This document shows, in pieces, positions 38,412 through 48,377 of a stretch of 64,000 nt of DNA (positions are counted from its first letter, which is position 1; each line of letters opens with the position of its first letter). Origin of the DNA: a virus; the IMG/VR virus record IMGVR_UViG_3300036770_005754, positions 71,472 to 135,471 of that record. One strand, 5' to 3'. The notes under the pieces were generated by a model. The model did not search any database, was not told the DNA's origin, and saw only the letters and a program-made list of their open reading frames with translations. The translations under genes were made by a program, and so were the position numbers.

Positions 38412-38942
38412 CTACTCAACACTAGTCGTCTCTTCTGCCCAATCATATGTAACTGTTACTTCTACGACTTTAACATCACTAGATGTGTAGGTTAAATCAC
38501 CATGCCGTATTACCGATGGCCATGACCCTTTTAATATCCAGCTATAACCATCTTTTGGTTCCCATGTCGGTGAATATATGTTTATCCTTGATTCTTTCTT
38601 GTAGTCATTGGCCAATTTTAGACCTGTCCCTGGTGTCCATACCGTTTCTCTCCACCGTTTTACTATTTTTATTAATCCGACAACATCATAGAATACTATT
38701 TTGACATCGTCGTATGAAACACTCTTTGCGAATTTGTATCTTAACGCAGAACCTTGCTGATTCTCAATATCGACTGTAAATGCTGGCGGTGTTATGTCTT
38801 TAGCATTTACTAGCAGTGTTTGGCTATCGCCGAATAATTGAAACACCTCCCATGTATAATTATGCAGATATTCTTGGAAAGACGAAGGCCCCCTCATAGA
38901 CCCTGCTTGACCGCCCACTTTCATGACCGAAAAACCCGGCAT
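38412..38942 (-). CDS. Tail tube protein paralog (gp19-like)
   Basis: W.L.G.WP.....GDL.Y.SSD...V.VT..YDWA. Confidence 0.8.
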   Translation of the reverse strand: MPGFSVMKVGGQAGSMRGPSSFQEYLHNYTWEVFQLFGDSQTLLVNAKDITPPAFTVDIENQQGSALRYKFAKSVSYDDVKIVFYDVVGLIKIVKRWRETVWTPGTGLKLANDYKKESRINIYSPTWEPKDGYSWILKGSWPSVIRHGDLTYTSSDVKVVEVTVTYDWAEETTSVE

Positions 38943-38943
38943 T

Positions 38944-39528
38944 TTAAGCCTCTTCTGCCTTATTGTATCTTAAAATAACAGATATCGTTGATATCTCAGA
39001 TTCTCTGTAAGATATCTGCGAAGGAGTTATTTTCTGCGGCCAACAATCATAGATCTTGTACGTCCATACTGGGTTACCAACGCCATCTAGCATTTGTAAA
39101 AAAGCATTTTTGTAGTAGTCTCTTGGTTTACCTTGTTTAGAATCTTGTAGTATTATCATTGATTTAGCCCACCAGTTATACAAATTTTCGGCAGCGGCGT
39201 TTTTAAAACTGCCGGGTGCATTGCCTCTCAATTTCTCATAGAACGTGAATTCTATTGGGGTCCACTTATTCTTACCAGGCCTATATATCTCATCTTGCCC
39301 AGAATGGATTGTAATTTCATCTATTTCAACAGTGGGTCTAGTGCATTTTTCAAGGTACATTAGTAAGTTCGAGTCCTTCCCTTTTCCTTCCATCGGCTCG
39401 AACACTTCTAACAAATATCTATGGTTGCGTGCTGTTTCCGATAAGTTATTTGATCCAGAGTATATCGAATCTTCCTGAAATGCGTCTTCGTCCAAACAGC
39501 TCTCTGCTGGTATGTTAAAACCTGGCAT
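38944..39528 (-). CDS. Tail tube protein paralog (gp19-like)
   Basis: RP...I.EI...PGK.KW.PI.FTFY...L.MLDG.G..V......CWP. Confidence 0.8.
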   Translation of the reverse strand: MPGFNIPAESCLDEDAFQEDSIYSGSNNLSETARNHRYLLEVFEPMEGKGKDSNLLMYLEKCTRPTVEIDEITIHSGQDEIYRPGKNKWTPIEFTFYEKLRGNAPGSFKNAAAENLYNWWAKSMIILQDSKQGKPRDYYKNAFLQMLDGVGNPVWTYKIYDCWPQKITPSQISYRESEISTISVILRYNKAEEA

Positions 39529-39546
39529 TCATTCGTTCCTTTATAT

Positions 39547-39576
39547 AGCGAAGGCCCGGTGAACCGGGCCTTCGCT
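39547..39576 (-). terminator. Strong hairpin after the major tube gene
   Basis: Perfect inverted repeat AGCGAAGGCCCGGT/ACCGGGCCTTCGCT; a second small hairpin GTCGGC/GCCGAC is adjacent. Confidence 0.75.
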
Positions 39577-39601
39577 TGAGTCGGCGACACAGCCGACATC
39601 A

Positions 39602-40180
39602 TTATGGACAGCTTGGAGAGACCGGAGAAGCACCGGGAGCAGAAGTACATGTTCTAACAGCACGATCGTACCTCATAGTCGCTTCACATGTCATTAAGTC
39701 AGTAGAAGCGTAATCAAGTTCTTGCCAATTAATGGCCTGAGGCCAAGTACCAAGCATTTGCCATTGCTCATTAGTCTGACCAGCACCATCAAGCATCACC
39801 AGAGAAGCAGTTCTCTTATAATACCTAGGATGCGCAACAGACAGCTGCTGCATATTCACAACAGTCTCGAGCCAGTGGTATAAACCGCGTGAGATATCAG
39901 GGTTCTGCTCAGAGTCATACCATATCATCGTAACAGGGTCCCAGTCTTGCTTACCAGCAAAACGTGCGACTTCCTGATTATGATGCATTTCCGGCTCTTC
40001 AAACTTGAAGCTGGGCCTATTTGCTTTCTCTAGTACAAGCAATTCAGCTTGCGAGAAAGTGCCTGTGCCTCGGCCCAACGTCTCAAAAACCCAACGATGC
40101 TTTCGCCGGATCTCTAGAGTATTAGAAGGGCCTTGAGAAGAATAGCCGCCACCAAATGGTTGAATGTTAAATCCTGGCAC
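39602..40180 (-). CDS. gp19: Major tail tube protein (gp19-like)
   Basis: Directly after the sheath gene; GTG start with SD AGGAG; RP.F.FEE...AGK..W......YD, G.WP...W..LDY and MRYDRA. Confidence 0.87.
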   Translation of the reverse strand: MPGFNIQPFGGGYSSQGPSNTLEIRRKHRWVFETLGRGTGTFSQAELLVLEKANRPSFKFEEPEMHHNQEVARFAGKQDWDPVTMIWYDSEQNPDISRGLYHWLETVVNMQQLSVAHPRYYKRTASLVMLDGAGQTNEQWQMLGTWPQAINWQELDYASTDLMTCEATMRYDRAVRTCTSAPGASPVSPSCP

Positions 40181-40205
40181 TGACGTTCTCCTGGTGAATG
40201 ACCAA

Positions 40206-43076
40206 TTATCCAACTGCTGTTGCGGCCGTCACGATACCACCAGCAGCAAGCACCTCTTCAGCAGAGAAGCTAGCACCAGTTCGCAACACAACAAGATTTA
40301 AAACGATAAATTCGACAGCACGCGTGGGTTTCAAGAAGACAGAAACCCAAAGCTCATTTCTGTCGATTCTCTCAGGCGTATTGTTCGTCTCGTCGACAAT
40401 CACTCTGAATGCTGTTAAACCACGACGAGCTTGGATATCGGCGAGGAATGGGTCGATCGTGGCAACTACCTGCTTCCAGAGGATCTTATCATTAGGCTCG
40501 AAGATAAAGTTACGCAACGTCCTAACAAGATTCTTCTTTATGAAAATCAGTAGCATTCTGACATTAACACGATCAAGAGCAGACTGCGTTCTCTGCAAAG
40601 TCCTCTGACCATAAACTACGATACCGTCTTGAGGGAACTTCACAATAGGATTAACAGCATTACCAGAACCGTAAAGAAGGTCCCTTTCGCCTTGGGACGG
40701 AGTATATTCGACATCCAAAGCTGTCAGCAATCGGCCACGACGGAGACCAGCCGGTGCGAACCACTGTTCAGCATCACGGGCAGTCCTACTGAAAACAGCA
40801 GAAACATGGCCAGACGGCGGAATCCAAATCTCATTAGCCGAAAACTGATCGAAAACTCTCAACCAGCCCCAGTAAAGAGCACCATAACTACTATTGACAG
40901 CAGCGCGAAGGTCTGAAATCAGCATACCATTATGCCAATCGACAACCTGCTGAGGACGAAGACCGAAAGGAGGATCAACGATGTATAACACATCACCGCG
41001 ACTCTCACACATCTGAAGTGCTGTACCAATCACAGCACCAGTGGAAAAGCCCGGAGTGACAAGCAGATTTATGTCAATAGTCTCAGGATTCTGGAAAGCA
41101 TAAATACCACCAGAAGTCGCTGGATTACCAATTACCGCCGCATCAAGTTCACTCGAAAAAGCAGGATCTAACGGAATACCATTAGCCATCCCGCGAAAAT
41201 GTTTCGTGTTGACCTGAGAGGGCAATCTAACAGCGAAAGTAGAAGGATCATTGATGTTGTTGTTCAAGAACGCAGGGCGTTCTTCCCAATTCACATAGGC
41301 ATTTCCATTCATCCCACCAAGAGAGGTCCCGGGATTGATGAGATTCGCAATGTATCGAGCCTGCCTCTTATCGAAACTGACATCGTCAATAGCTTCGACA
41401 GGTTGATTATTCTTATCCAAAACAGTCAAACGATAGCGACCAGCGGAATCGCCAACACCGTCGGTAAACAGTTCGAGAGTAACACTGAAACCAGAAAGCC
41501 AAGTCCCAGCAGAGGGCGCGACAAGCCACCCAACCACGTTCTGGAAGTAAGCGGCATCAGCAGCACAATCCGGGCCAAACGGATCGGTCTCGCAAGACAG
41601 AGGAGTGGAAGCAGTGATCTCACCAGAATCTGGTAAAACCAGCCTATTGTCGTCGAACCCGCGATACGCTCTCTTATACGGGTAAACAATATTCAATTCT
41701 TCGGCAAACCGCAAGGTCTTCAGATTCGAATAGTTAGCCATTATCTGTAGAGTATCTAATTGACGCCCAACAGATGTTTCAATAACAACGTGAGTATCCC
41801 CACTAGGAACAGTAATAGCATAAGAATTCCATAGCACGCCACCAGCGACCACACCAGCTGCATCTATTACCGCAGCAATAGACTCAGTAGACTGGTTCAA
41901 GCCAATGGGAACGTTGAACGAAGCTTCCGTCGTGTTAGACTCGCCAATCAAGTTGATTTTAACACGATTGTTCTGAGTCGTGATATTGTAAGGGCCAGGA
42001 TCAAGACCGAGCAAGTAAGATCTTGGAATATCCCAAGCGTATTGCTCAGTACCACACTCAAGAGCCCAGCCTTGAGTAGACATCAACTGAATACGCTCGC
42101 CTGCGACAGTACTTCTGATCTGCGGGATCGTTGAACCATCTTCCATGGTATATTCGATGAAGATATAATCTTCACTACCAAGAAGCGCATTGGCCGCAGT
42201 GATGAAAGAATCGACCGTCGTATATGTCGCGAGCGGCATCGTATAAGTCGTCGGAGACAGATTACCATCAACAGCGATCGAGAACGAACGATTATTCGGA
42301 GCAGCACTCCAAATGAACGTATCATTCTCATCGATCTCACCTGAAGAAACAGAGATCTCCAGAGTTAGACCATCACCAATGGAAATCGCATCAGAGGTCC
42401 CGTCTCCGTTACTATCTGCAAAATAGCCCTCGGCGACTATTGAACCGTCACTATTTCTAACGACCTGATAACCAGCGCCCACAAATTGAGCATCTTCTGA
42501 CAAATTGGGTGCCGATGTGATAACCATCACCCACGACTCGTCGGCGGAACCAGTGTAAACGCCAGTCAAAGTCCCAGAGGCGGATGTTGGACCATCTGTA
42601 GATGAAAGGTCAGCATCGCTATATTCCACAACACTTGTTGATGCATTATGGAAAGTGAGTGGTGTTGGGTTATTGTCGACACCGTCCCCAACAGCACGCA
42701 AATTGATTCTACCATAATCAATGCCCGTAAAGAGAGGAACTCGGCCCCACCCTTTACCACGACCACCAGATGTGTCAATACAGATATCAGACAATTCCTG
42801 AGGCTGACCATCTTCGCATTCGACGCCCACTCTCATAACATATGCCGCGTTGCCTTCTTCAAGGTATGACAACACAGCATACATCAGATAGCTCTCAGGG
42901 AATGGCTCCCCAAAAGTCTCTATGGCTTGCGTGGAGTTCGTGATTAAAATCGGAGTGTTCAGAGGGCCTTTCTTAGCGGTCCCAATAAACCCGGGCCGAA
43001 GCGGGCCAACGGCTGTTGGCAGTACGCTGATGTCAATTTCTCTTGGGAAAACGCCGGGGCTTAAGAACACTGTCAT
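40206..43076 (-). CDS. gp18: Tail sheath protein (gp18-like)
   Basis: SPGVFPREID, G.A.KGP...P, WFAPAG..RG, RD.LY...VNPI, GQRTLQ..SALDRVNVR, FEPND and P..AVEFI.L. Confidence 0.96.
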   Translation of the reverse strand: MTVFLSPGVFPREIDISVLPTAVGPLRPGFIGTAKKGPLNTPILITNSTQAIETFGEPFPESYLMYAVLSYLEEGNAAYVMRVGVECEDGQPQELSDICIDTSGGRGKGWGRVPLFTGIDYGRINLRAVGDGVDNNPTPLTFHNASTSVVEYSDADLSSTDGPTSASGTLTGVYTGSADESWVMVITSAPNLSEDAQFVGAGYQVVRNSDGSIVAEGYFADSNGDGTSDAISIGDGLTLEISVSSGEIDENDTFIWSAAPNNRSFSIAVDGNLSPTTYTMPLATYTTVDSFITAANALLGSEDYIFIEYTMEDGSTIPQIRSTVAGERIQLMSTQGWALECGTEQYAWDIPRSYLLGLDPGPYNITTQNNRVKINLIGESNTTEASFNVPIGLNQSTESIAAVIDAAGVVAGGVLWNSYAITVPSGDTHVVIETSVGRQLDTLQIMANYSNLKTLRFAEELNIVYPYKRAYRGFDDNRLVLPDSGEITASTPLSCETDPFGPDCAADAAYFQNVVGWLVAPSAGTWLSGFSVTLELFTDGVGDSAGRYRLTVLDKNNQPVEAIDDVSFDKRQARYIANLINPGTSLGGMNGNAYVNWEERPAFLNNNINDPSTFAVRLPSQVNTKHFRGMANGIPLDPAFSSELDAAVIGNPATSGGIYAFQNPETIDINLLVTPGFSTGAVIGTALQMCESRGDVLYIVDPPFGLRPQQVVDWHNGMLISDLRAAVNSSYGALYWGWLRVFDQFSANEIWIPPSGHVSAVFSRTARDAEQWFAPAGLRRGRLLTALDVEYTPSQGERDLLYGSGNAVNPIVKFPQDGIVVYGQRTLQRTQSALDRVNVRMLLIFIKKNLVRTLRNFIFEPNDKILWKQVVATIDPFLADIQARRGLTAFRVIVDETNNTPERIDRNELWVSVFLKPTRAVEFIVLNLVVLRTGASFSAEEVLAAGGIVTAATAVG

Positions 43077-43133
43077 CGCTTCTACTCCATCGCCAATACT
43101 GGTGTGTTAAAATTATCTTTGACGGTTAAACTA

Positions 43134-43388
43134 CTAACTCATCATCGCTTCTTGTCTCTCTGCGACTAGTTCACTATCGTGCAGAATTTTAATGAAGCCT
43201 TTCTTCTTAAGATTCTCCAACTGATCTTGCCGTAAATGCGCCTTAGGTAAAAGGACATCATGGCCGGGCTGTATTCTGATCTGTGATTCATTCATATAGA
43301 AATTACCACCAGGCGGCCTAGCTTGAAGCTGAATGAGCTGGCGGCTGTTGTTGTAGACTCTTATCACATGTGATCTGTTCTTCTTCAT
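43134..43388 (-). CDS. Small hypothetical protein (paralog of 63675-63905)
   Basis: Shared N.SRQL, IQPG and QLE...G.I motifs. Confidence 0.7.
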   Translation of the reverse strand: MKKNRSHVIRVYNNSRQLIQLQARPPGGNFYMNESQIRIQPGHDVLLPKAHLRQDQLENLKKKGFIKILHDSELVAERQEAMMS

Positions 43389-44272
43389 CTGTTAACCTTT
43401 TCTGCAGCTTTTTTAGGATCATTGATCGGCTCAAACCAGAGCTGACCACCAGGAGCACCAGTAGCCTGAGATTTTGAGGCCACCAAAATCTCTCCAAGTT
43501 TCTCTTTCAGATTCGCGACAGTACCAAGGACAGTTTTAACAATTTTCTCGGGAAGAGGCAACCATGCTTCTGCCGCACAAGATACTTCATACCGTACATT
43601 TGCGTGTTGATCAAATCCAGTTTCTTTATCACTAGCGTCATTGTAACCGCCAAACCTCAGCTGAACAGCACCGGCTATCTTACCATCAAACATTCTAAAT
43701 TCAGCTAATGGGTTAAAACGATTTAAAACCTGGAATAAAATGTATTCAGCATCTCTCTTCCGCTCAGCCCATATCACGAGTTTGTAATCCACTAACCACG
43801 GGGTCGGTCTGAATACCTTAGCGGCCTGATCAGCCCTCCTGCTGAGGTATCTGACAGTCATCGCGTGATATGGCGGGCTGAATTTTTCAGGATTAAATTC
43901 AGCAGACTCCCGGCTAATTGCCGCGAGTGGTAATCTAGCACGACCCTCTTTTAAATCATCATTCCAAATCAGCAGGCTCTTATCACCACCAGAGATCTTG
44001 ACTCTCATAAAACGATAAGAATCTTTAGTCGGGACTCTTATGCCGGACCAATATTGTTTCATCGCCTCATCAAGAGAACGGAAACCAGGTTGTAAAAACT
44101 CTTCCAAATGGTGTGGATAAGCTAGAAAATCAGTGCCGTCGAAAGGGTTTCTACCGCCCTCGGCATGACTCAATTGCCTAATGGATGGAATATCTTTTAG
44201 CCCATCAGGTATATTTGGACTGTTTACATAACCATTCGCAGAAAAATCAGAATTCCAATTATAAGTCGGCAT
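43385..44272 (-). CDS. Tail terminator/sheath stabilizer (gp15-like)
   Basis: LP...I.R, P.P..V.Y.L.IW......A..I..Q...RFNP; upstream of the sheath gene. Confidence 0.6.
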   Translation of the reverse strand: MPTYNWNSDFSANGYVNSPNIPDGLKDIPSIRQLSHAEGGRNPFDGTDFLAYPHHLEEFLQPGFRSLDEAMKQYWSGIRVPTKDSYRFMRVKISGGDKSLLIWNDDLKEGRARLPLAAISRESAEFNPEKFSPPYHAMTVRYLSRRADQAAKVFRPTPWLVDYKLVIWAERKRDAEYILFQVLNRFNPLAEFRMFDGKIAGAVQLRFGGYNDASDKETGFDQHANVRYEVSCAAEAWLPLPEKIVKTVLGTVANLKEKLGEILVASKSQATGAPGGQLWFEPINDPKKAAEKVNR

Positions 44273-44292
44273 ATTGTCCTCCCGATGGAGGT

Positions 44293-44583
44293 TCAACTAT
44301 CTATTAACGGTATAAAATTTGCCGGATTGCGAATAGAATCCATAAACTGTCTGACCTTAGTATCAATATCATGTAACTCATCGGTATTATTAACAATTAT
44401 TTGACCGGACAGTGTTAAGTTTATCTTTGGACCACTTACACTTTTACCAGATGGTACAAGTTCCAACTCAGGAGATATATCAGCGATCTTACCTATTAAG
44501 CCATTACTAATGGTATTTAAAAAAGAATGGTTCGAAGTATCGAAGCCGTCTTTATAATTAACTAGATTCTCTATATTGCCCAC
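44293..44583 (-). CDS. Hypothetical protein
   Basis: 96 aa ORF filling the gap in the operon. Confidence 0.5.
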   Translation of the reverse strand: MGNIENLVNYKDGFDTSNHSFLNTISNGLIGKIADISPELELVPSGKSVSGPKINLTLSGQIIVNNTDELHDIDTKVRQFMDSIRNPANFIPLIDS

Positions 44584-45190
44584 CTGTCACCACCTGTTCG
44601 TCGTCTTGAAGATCTTCTTCCGGCCTCACAGTAATATCAGCAGTCAGAGTCTCCATCTGGCATGTCAAGTACAGCCATGTGTATCTAAAATTCCCGCTCG
44701 GAGTAGTATTCAATATTCTATAGTTTCTGGGACTTATCGCGACGGTCGCTGCATTATATGGCAACTGCACAACATCGCCTGCCCTGAGCATTCTTTCACC
44801 AACAAGATTGTTTATTTCGTGGTGGTCAAATATTACTTCTGTCTTATTAATTATCTCCGCCCCCCAGACCTTTAATTCAGCTTCCAAAGGTTGTGGCTTA
44901 AAGTAACCTTTGATTTTAATTGGGTTCCAGTATGTCGGGTCTGCATCCTCATCCCATACGCTATCGAAATCTGCATTGTCAGTTCTCAAATAGATCGTCA
45001 CTTCAGCACCAGATACTTGTATCATCTCCCTAACTTGGGACCTAGCCATGCGTATGTCGGCTGACTGGTTGTCATGTATGGCTACTGGCGTATGTCGTTG
45101 TTCGACATCTGACCTATTAGTCGCCAGAATCGTATTAAAGGTATCTGGGTCAACTTGCCCAGTATTGATTGCGAATCTGTGTATTGTCAT
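44558..45190 (-). CDS. Neck/head-closure protein (gp14-like)
   Basis: E.I...G..V..Y....D.VW.ED....Y..P....GY.......L..WG and GDV..LP. Confidence 0.6.
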   Translation of the reverse strand: MTIHRFAINTGQVDPDTFNTILATNRSDVEQRHTPVAIHDNQSADIRMARSQVREMIQVSGAEVTIYLRTDNADFDSVWDEDADPTYWNPIKIKGYFKPQPLEAELKVWGAEIINKTEVIFDHHEINNLVGERMLRAGDVVQLPYNAATVAISPRNYRILNTTPSGNFRYTWLYLTCQMETLTADITVRPEEDLQDDEQVVTGGQYRESS

Positions 45191-45193
45191 ACA

Positions 45194-45826
45194 TTATTTT
45201 TGAGCATCAACGCCCCAAGGCGGAACCCTAGGTAGTACACCGACCCCCGGCGGAAATCCGCCCTCTTCTCTATATGGATCATTCACTGGGGCAGGTATAT
45301 CCTTAAAATCGGGCGATGGGCAGTACCCCATGCCTATAATATCACATGCGTCATAATTTTCTTCGAGTGGTAGTTCGTCATTAGCTAACTTACGCAATTC
45401 CTCATACCAGTCGACATATCTATCACATGGGCAATTTATATTAACTGGTGGTAATACTAGCCATTTTTGCCTTCTGTTGCCTCTATTGAAGTTATTTCCG
45501 AACTTAACGTACGATCCAGGTATATGTTGTAGAGCGTCATCAAGATCTACCAATGAATTCCCGCATCTGTTTTTGGACAGATATATTGATAATGTGGCTG
45601 ATGATAATGAAGAAGTTGGTTCGCAACCGGGGACTAAGATCTTGTTATTAGCCAGGACTTCTAATTGTAGGCTGTATTGTATCTTATCTTGCTGTGGCGA
45701 TGTTAGATAATAGCAATGTAAAAGATTAAATCTATCGACTGAGCTACTTAAATTGTCTGGCGGTGTTACCATTACTGTGAATGGTCTTCCCCACTGGAGC
45801 ATACTGCTCCGTTGTGCCGCTGTCAT
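45194..45826 (-). CDS. Hypothetical protein
   Basis: 210 aa coupled ORF. Confidence 0.6.
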   Translation of the reverse strand: MTAAQRSSMLQWGRPFTVMVTPPDNLSSSVDRFNLLHCYYLTSPQQDKIQYSLQLEVLANNKILVPGCEPTSSLSSATLSIYLSKNRCGNSLVDLDDALQHIPGSYVKFGNNFNRGNRRQKWLVLPPVNINCPCDRYVDWYEELRKLANDELPLEENYDACDIIGMGYCPSPDFKDIPAPVNDPYREEGGFPPGVGVLPRVPPWGVDAQK

Positions 45827-47001
45827 TGGAATTTGCCTCTGGTTGCTGTTGTGCCATCATCACTTACATTAGCTGTCGCCACTGATGTTACCGCATCATC
45901 TCTAAAGACAGTTTGTGTGTTCGAGGTCTGTGTTAGCCGATTCTTAGCGAGCATGAATAACCAGCTAATTTTATCTTTCAAGCTACTATTTGATGCTGGG
46001 ACAGATGTTGGTTCGGCACAATCATCAATTGCTATGGCACTAACAATTTGGTCTTTGACCTGTTCTGGAGTGATGGTTGCCAGTCCGAATCGAATTGCGC
46101 TTATAATGTCTGTATTGATCTCTTGAACATTGCTATCCATTCGTCCATCTATTAGAGAATCTGGTAGACGCGATTGTATATTCTGTGTGTCTTCCTCAAT
46201 ATCGTTCACTTGTAGTGTCGTTGCTAGACCGGCCTGAATGTCTGTGATTGTATGGACATGGCTCTGTGGCAAGATCAAAACAACATCGCCAGCCTGCGGA
46301 GCGGATGTCAGAGGATCTTCAAGTACAACGGTGACTGTCATGTCTCCGTTGTTGGTCCACGTGAGGATTGGGCTGTTCTGAAGCGCTATGTTCGCTGTAC
46401 CTTCCTCGAAGTACAAAACAGAATGCTTCATCGCACCTGTCGGGTAGTCCACTCCTGTGAGATTGAAAGTAGTTACGGTCGGTGCCGGTGAAGCAGCAAC
46501 CGTACCGTCGATAGTGGCACTGGCCTTCCTAATATGATTTATCGTCCATCCGAGACTACCCGGTATCAGGTGCTGACTGATCATTTCGTCTGAAACAGCG
46601 TCGGCTATTTCGGCTGCGGTTGGTGCCCCAAATCGTGCGGTCTGATAATCGACTGCATCGAGAGCAATCAGCAAATTCACGACGGCCATATTTGTCGCAC
46701 CGCGGAATTGAAGTGCCACTTCGTTGCCACCGTCAAGTGCTGCATCCGGAATGCCGATCTCATACCAACCTGGCATGTTGGTATTATCGACCGCGACGAA
46801 CCCGCCGCTGGTCCATGTGCCGAGCGTTGCGGTTGCCAGTGTGATCTGCACCTCGTTGTTGAGGTCTCCGGCGTAGTAATAGGCCACAAGTCCGCTGGAG
46901 TTGTACACCAGATTTGCCAGCCCGCTGCCGTCTGTTTTGCTCGTGTCGGCAATGAATATCAGCCGCCGCACTGATGTTGATCCGCGTTTGATTGGCCTCA
47001 C
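45823..47001 (-). CDS. Hypothetical virion protein; chimeric GC content
   Basis: 392 aa; the 5' two-thirds is visibly GC-richer than the 3' third. Confidence 0.7.
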   Translation of the reverse strand: MRPIKRGSTSVRRLIFIADTSKTDGSGLANLVYNSSGLVAYYYAGDLNNEVQITLATATLGTWTSGGFVAVDNTNMPGWYEIGIPDAALDGGNEVALQFRGATNMAVVNLLIALDAVDYQTARFGAPTAAEIADAVSDEMISQHLIPGSLGWTINHIRKASATIDGTVAASPAPTVTTFNLTGVDYPTGAMKHSVLYFEEGTANIALQNSPILTWTNNGDMTVTVVLEDPLTSAPQAGDVVLILPQSHVHTITDIQAGLATTLQVNDIEEDTQNIQSRLPDSLIDGRMDSNVQEINTDIISAIRFGLATITPEQVKDQIVSAIAIDDCAEPTSVPASNSSLKDKISWLFMLAKNRLTQTSNTQTVFRDDAVTSVATANVSDDGTTATRGKFQ

Positions 47002-47672
47002 TGATCTACTCCTCCGCGGATGTTCACGGGGCGGAATCCGCCGCCGGATGATTTTGCGATGCCTGTGTCTTGGATTGAGCCGATAGCCCCTAGATTGCTG
47101 CTGCCGGTCGTGTAGGTTTGGCTCACGGCAGAAACAGACGCGACAGCCGCGTTTGTGTCGTGCAAGACGATTTTTGTGGCCGATGTGCCCGCTTGCACTG
47201 CCCGATTCGTGTAGCCGCTTGGGGCTGAATCAATTGTACTTGCAGGCTGATTTGTCATTGCAGCCGCCACAACCCACTGATCTGGCGTCAAAATCCCGGC
47301 AGTATCTCCCGTTGCCGGCATTGCTGGCCAACTCAGCGTCGTCCCTCCTGTTGAAGACACGCCAGTGAATCTTGCTGGTCCCATGAGGATATAATTTGCA
47401 TCATCCCGATACACACCGCAAATTATAGTAACGGCGTTTGTCCACGTGCCGCTTGTTTCGGATGCCGATGCTGCAATCTTATAGGCAACCGTCAACGATC
47501 GTCCGTTGCCGTCGAATGCATATCGGACATGCAATCTAAGCCAGCCTGTAGGTGGCGTGATTTGTGCCGTCGTGCTGGCGCAAACCATCACCAGCAAATC
47601 GCCGGCCTGATGCGTGGGCAGCGTCAAACTGTTCGCCTCTGCAGATGCTGCACCAACGAAAGAGATCGTCAT
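46998..47672 (-). CDS. Hypothetical beta-rich protein (GC-rich cassette)
   Basis: P..QAGDLL...TPPTGW...AYK.A; 4-nt overlaps with both neighbours. Confidence 0.7.
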   Translation of the reverse strand: MTISFVGAASAEANSLTLPTHQAGDLLVMVCASTTAQITPPTGWLRLHVRYAFDGNGRSLTVAYKIAASASETSGTWTNAVTIICGVYRDDANYILMGPARFTGVSSTGGTTLSWPAMPATGDTAGILTPDQWVVAAAMTNQPASTIDSAPSGYTNRAVQAGTSATKIVLHDTNAAVASVSAVSQTYTTGSSNLGAIGSIQDTGIAKSSGGGFRPVNIRGGVDQ

Positions 47673-48244
47673 TGCGTCACCGTAGCCGCTGCCAGAAACG
47701 CGGCTTTAACCGTGTCTATGGTGCGATCCGGATTAGAGAGAGCAGGCTGAATCGTCTCGTTGAGAGCGTTTGCTGCCCATGCGTCGGCCGCTGATGTGCG
47801 GGCTGCGTCCGATTTCTGCTGTGCAAACTGCTCCGCTGTCAGGTCTTTGAACGGCCGTCCGCCGTCAAGCCGGTAAAACGAATCAATCGTCTCCGACTGA
47901 TCGCCACCGAGGATCTGGGCGATGCCAGTGATCACAGCATGCACTCTACCTGCAGGTCCTGGCTGTGTGGTGCGAAGGTCGCCGCCTTCCAGCATAAGGG
48001 CTTTAAGGTCTCTCAATCCCGCCTGCATAGCACTAGACAACTGCCCAGCCTGCAGCATCTCCTGCAATGTGCCGAACCAAGCCGATCCGTCGTAGGCAAG
48101 TAGAGCGGGGTCACGATCTTGCCGCAGCCACCGCCGGACAGAGGGCGCCGCGATGTTCGAGCGGCTGAGCGTCTGCAATGTTGCGACGATCTCAGCGTCT
48201 GTTCCTGTCAGCCCAAAGGATTGTGCGGCTTCAATGGCGTTCAT
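47669..48244 (-). CDS. Hypothetical protein (GC-rich cassette)
   Basis: 191 aa, SD GAGGA. Confidence 0.7.
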   Translation of the reverse strand: MNAIEAAQSFGLTGTDAEIVATLQTLSRSNIAAPSVRRWLRQDRDPALLAYDGSAWFGTLQEMLQAGQLSSAMQAGLRDLKALMLEGGDLRTTQPGPAGRVHAVITGIAQILGGDQSETIDSFYRLDGGRPFKDLTAEQFAQQKSDAARTSAADAWAANALNETIQPALSNPDRTIDTVKAAFLAAATVTQ

Positions 48245-48377
48245 GCGGCGGATTCCTCACTGCGGTCACTACAGACTTGTTTCACGATGCTCGTGTTGAT
48301 GACGATTGACAACAGAGTTTTGTCAAGAGTCTTGCCCATTTCAACGATCATTCCTGAATTATTGGTTCAAACACAAT

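Noticed and set aside
48306-48326. TTGACAA...TTGTCAA inverted repeat as an operator or sigma70 -35 box
   Set aside because: Single occurrence, inside the remnant ORF, with no convincing -10 element; insufficient support.
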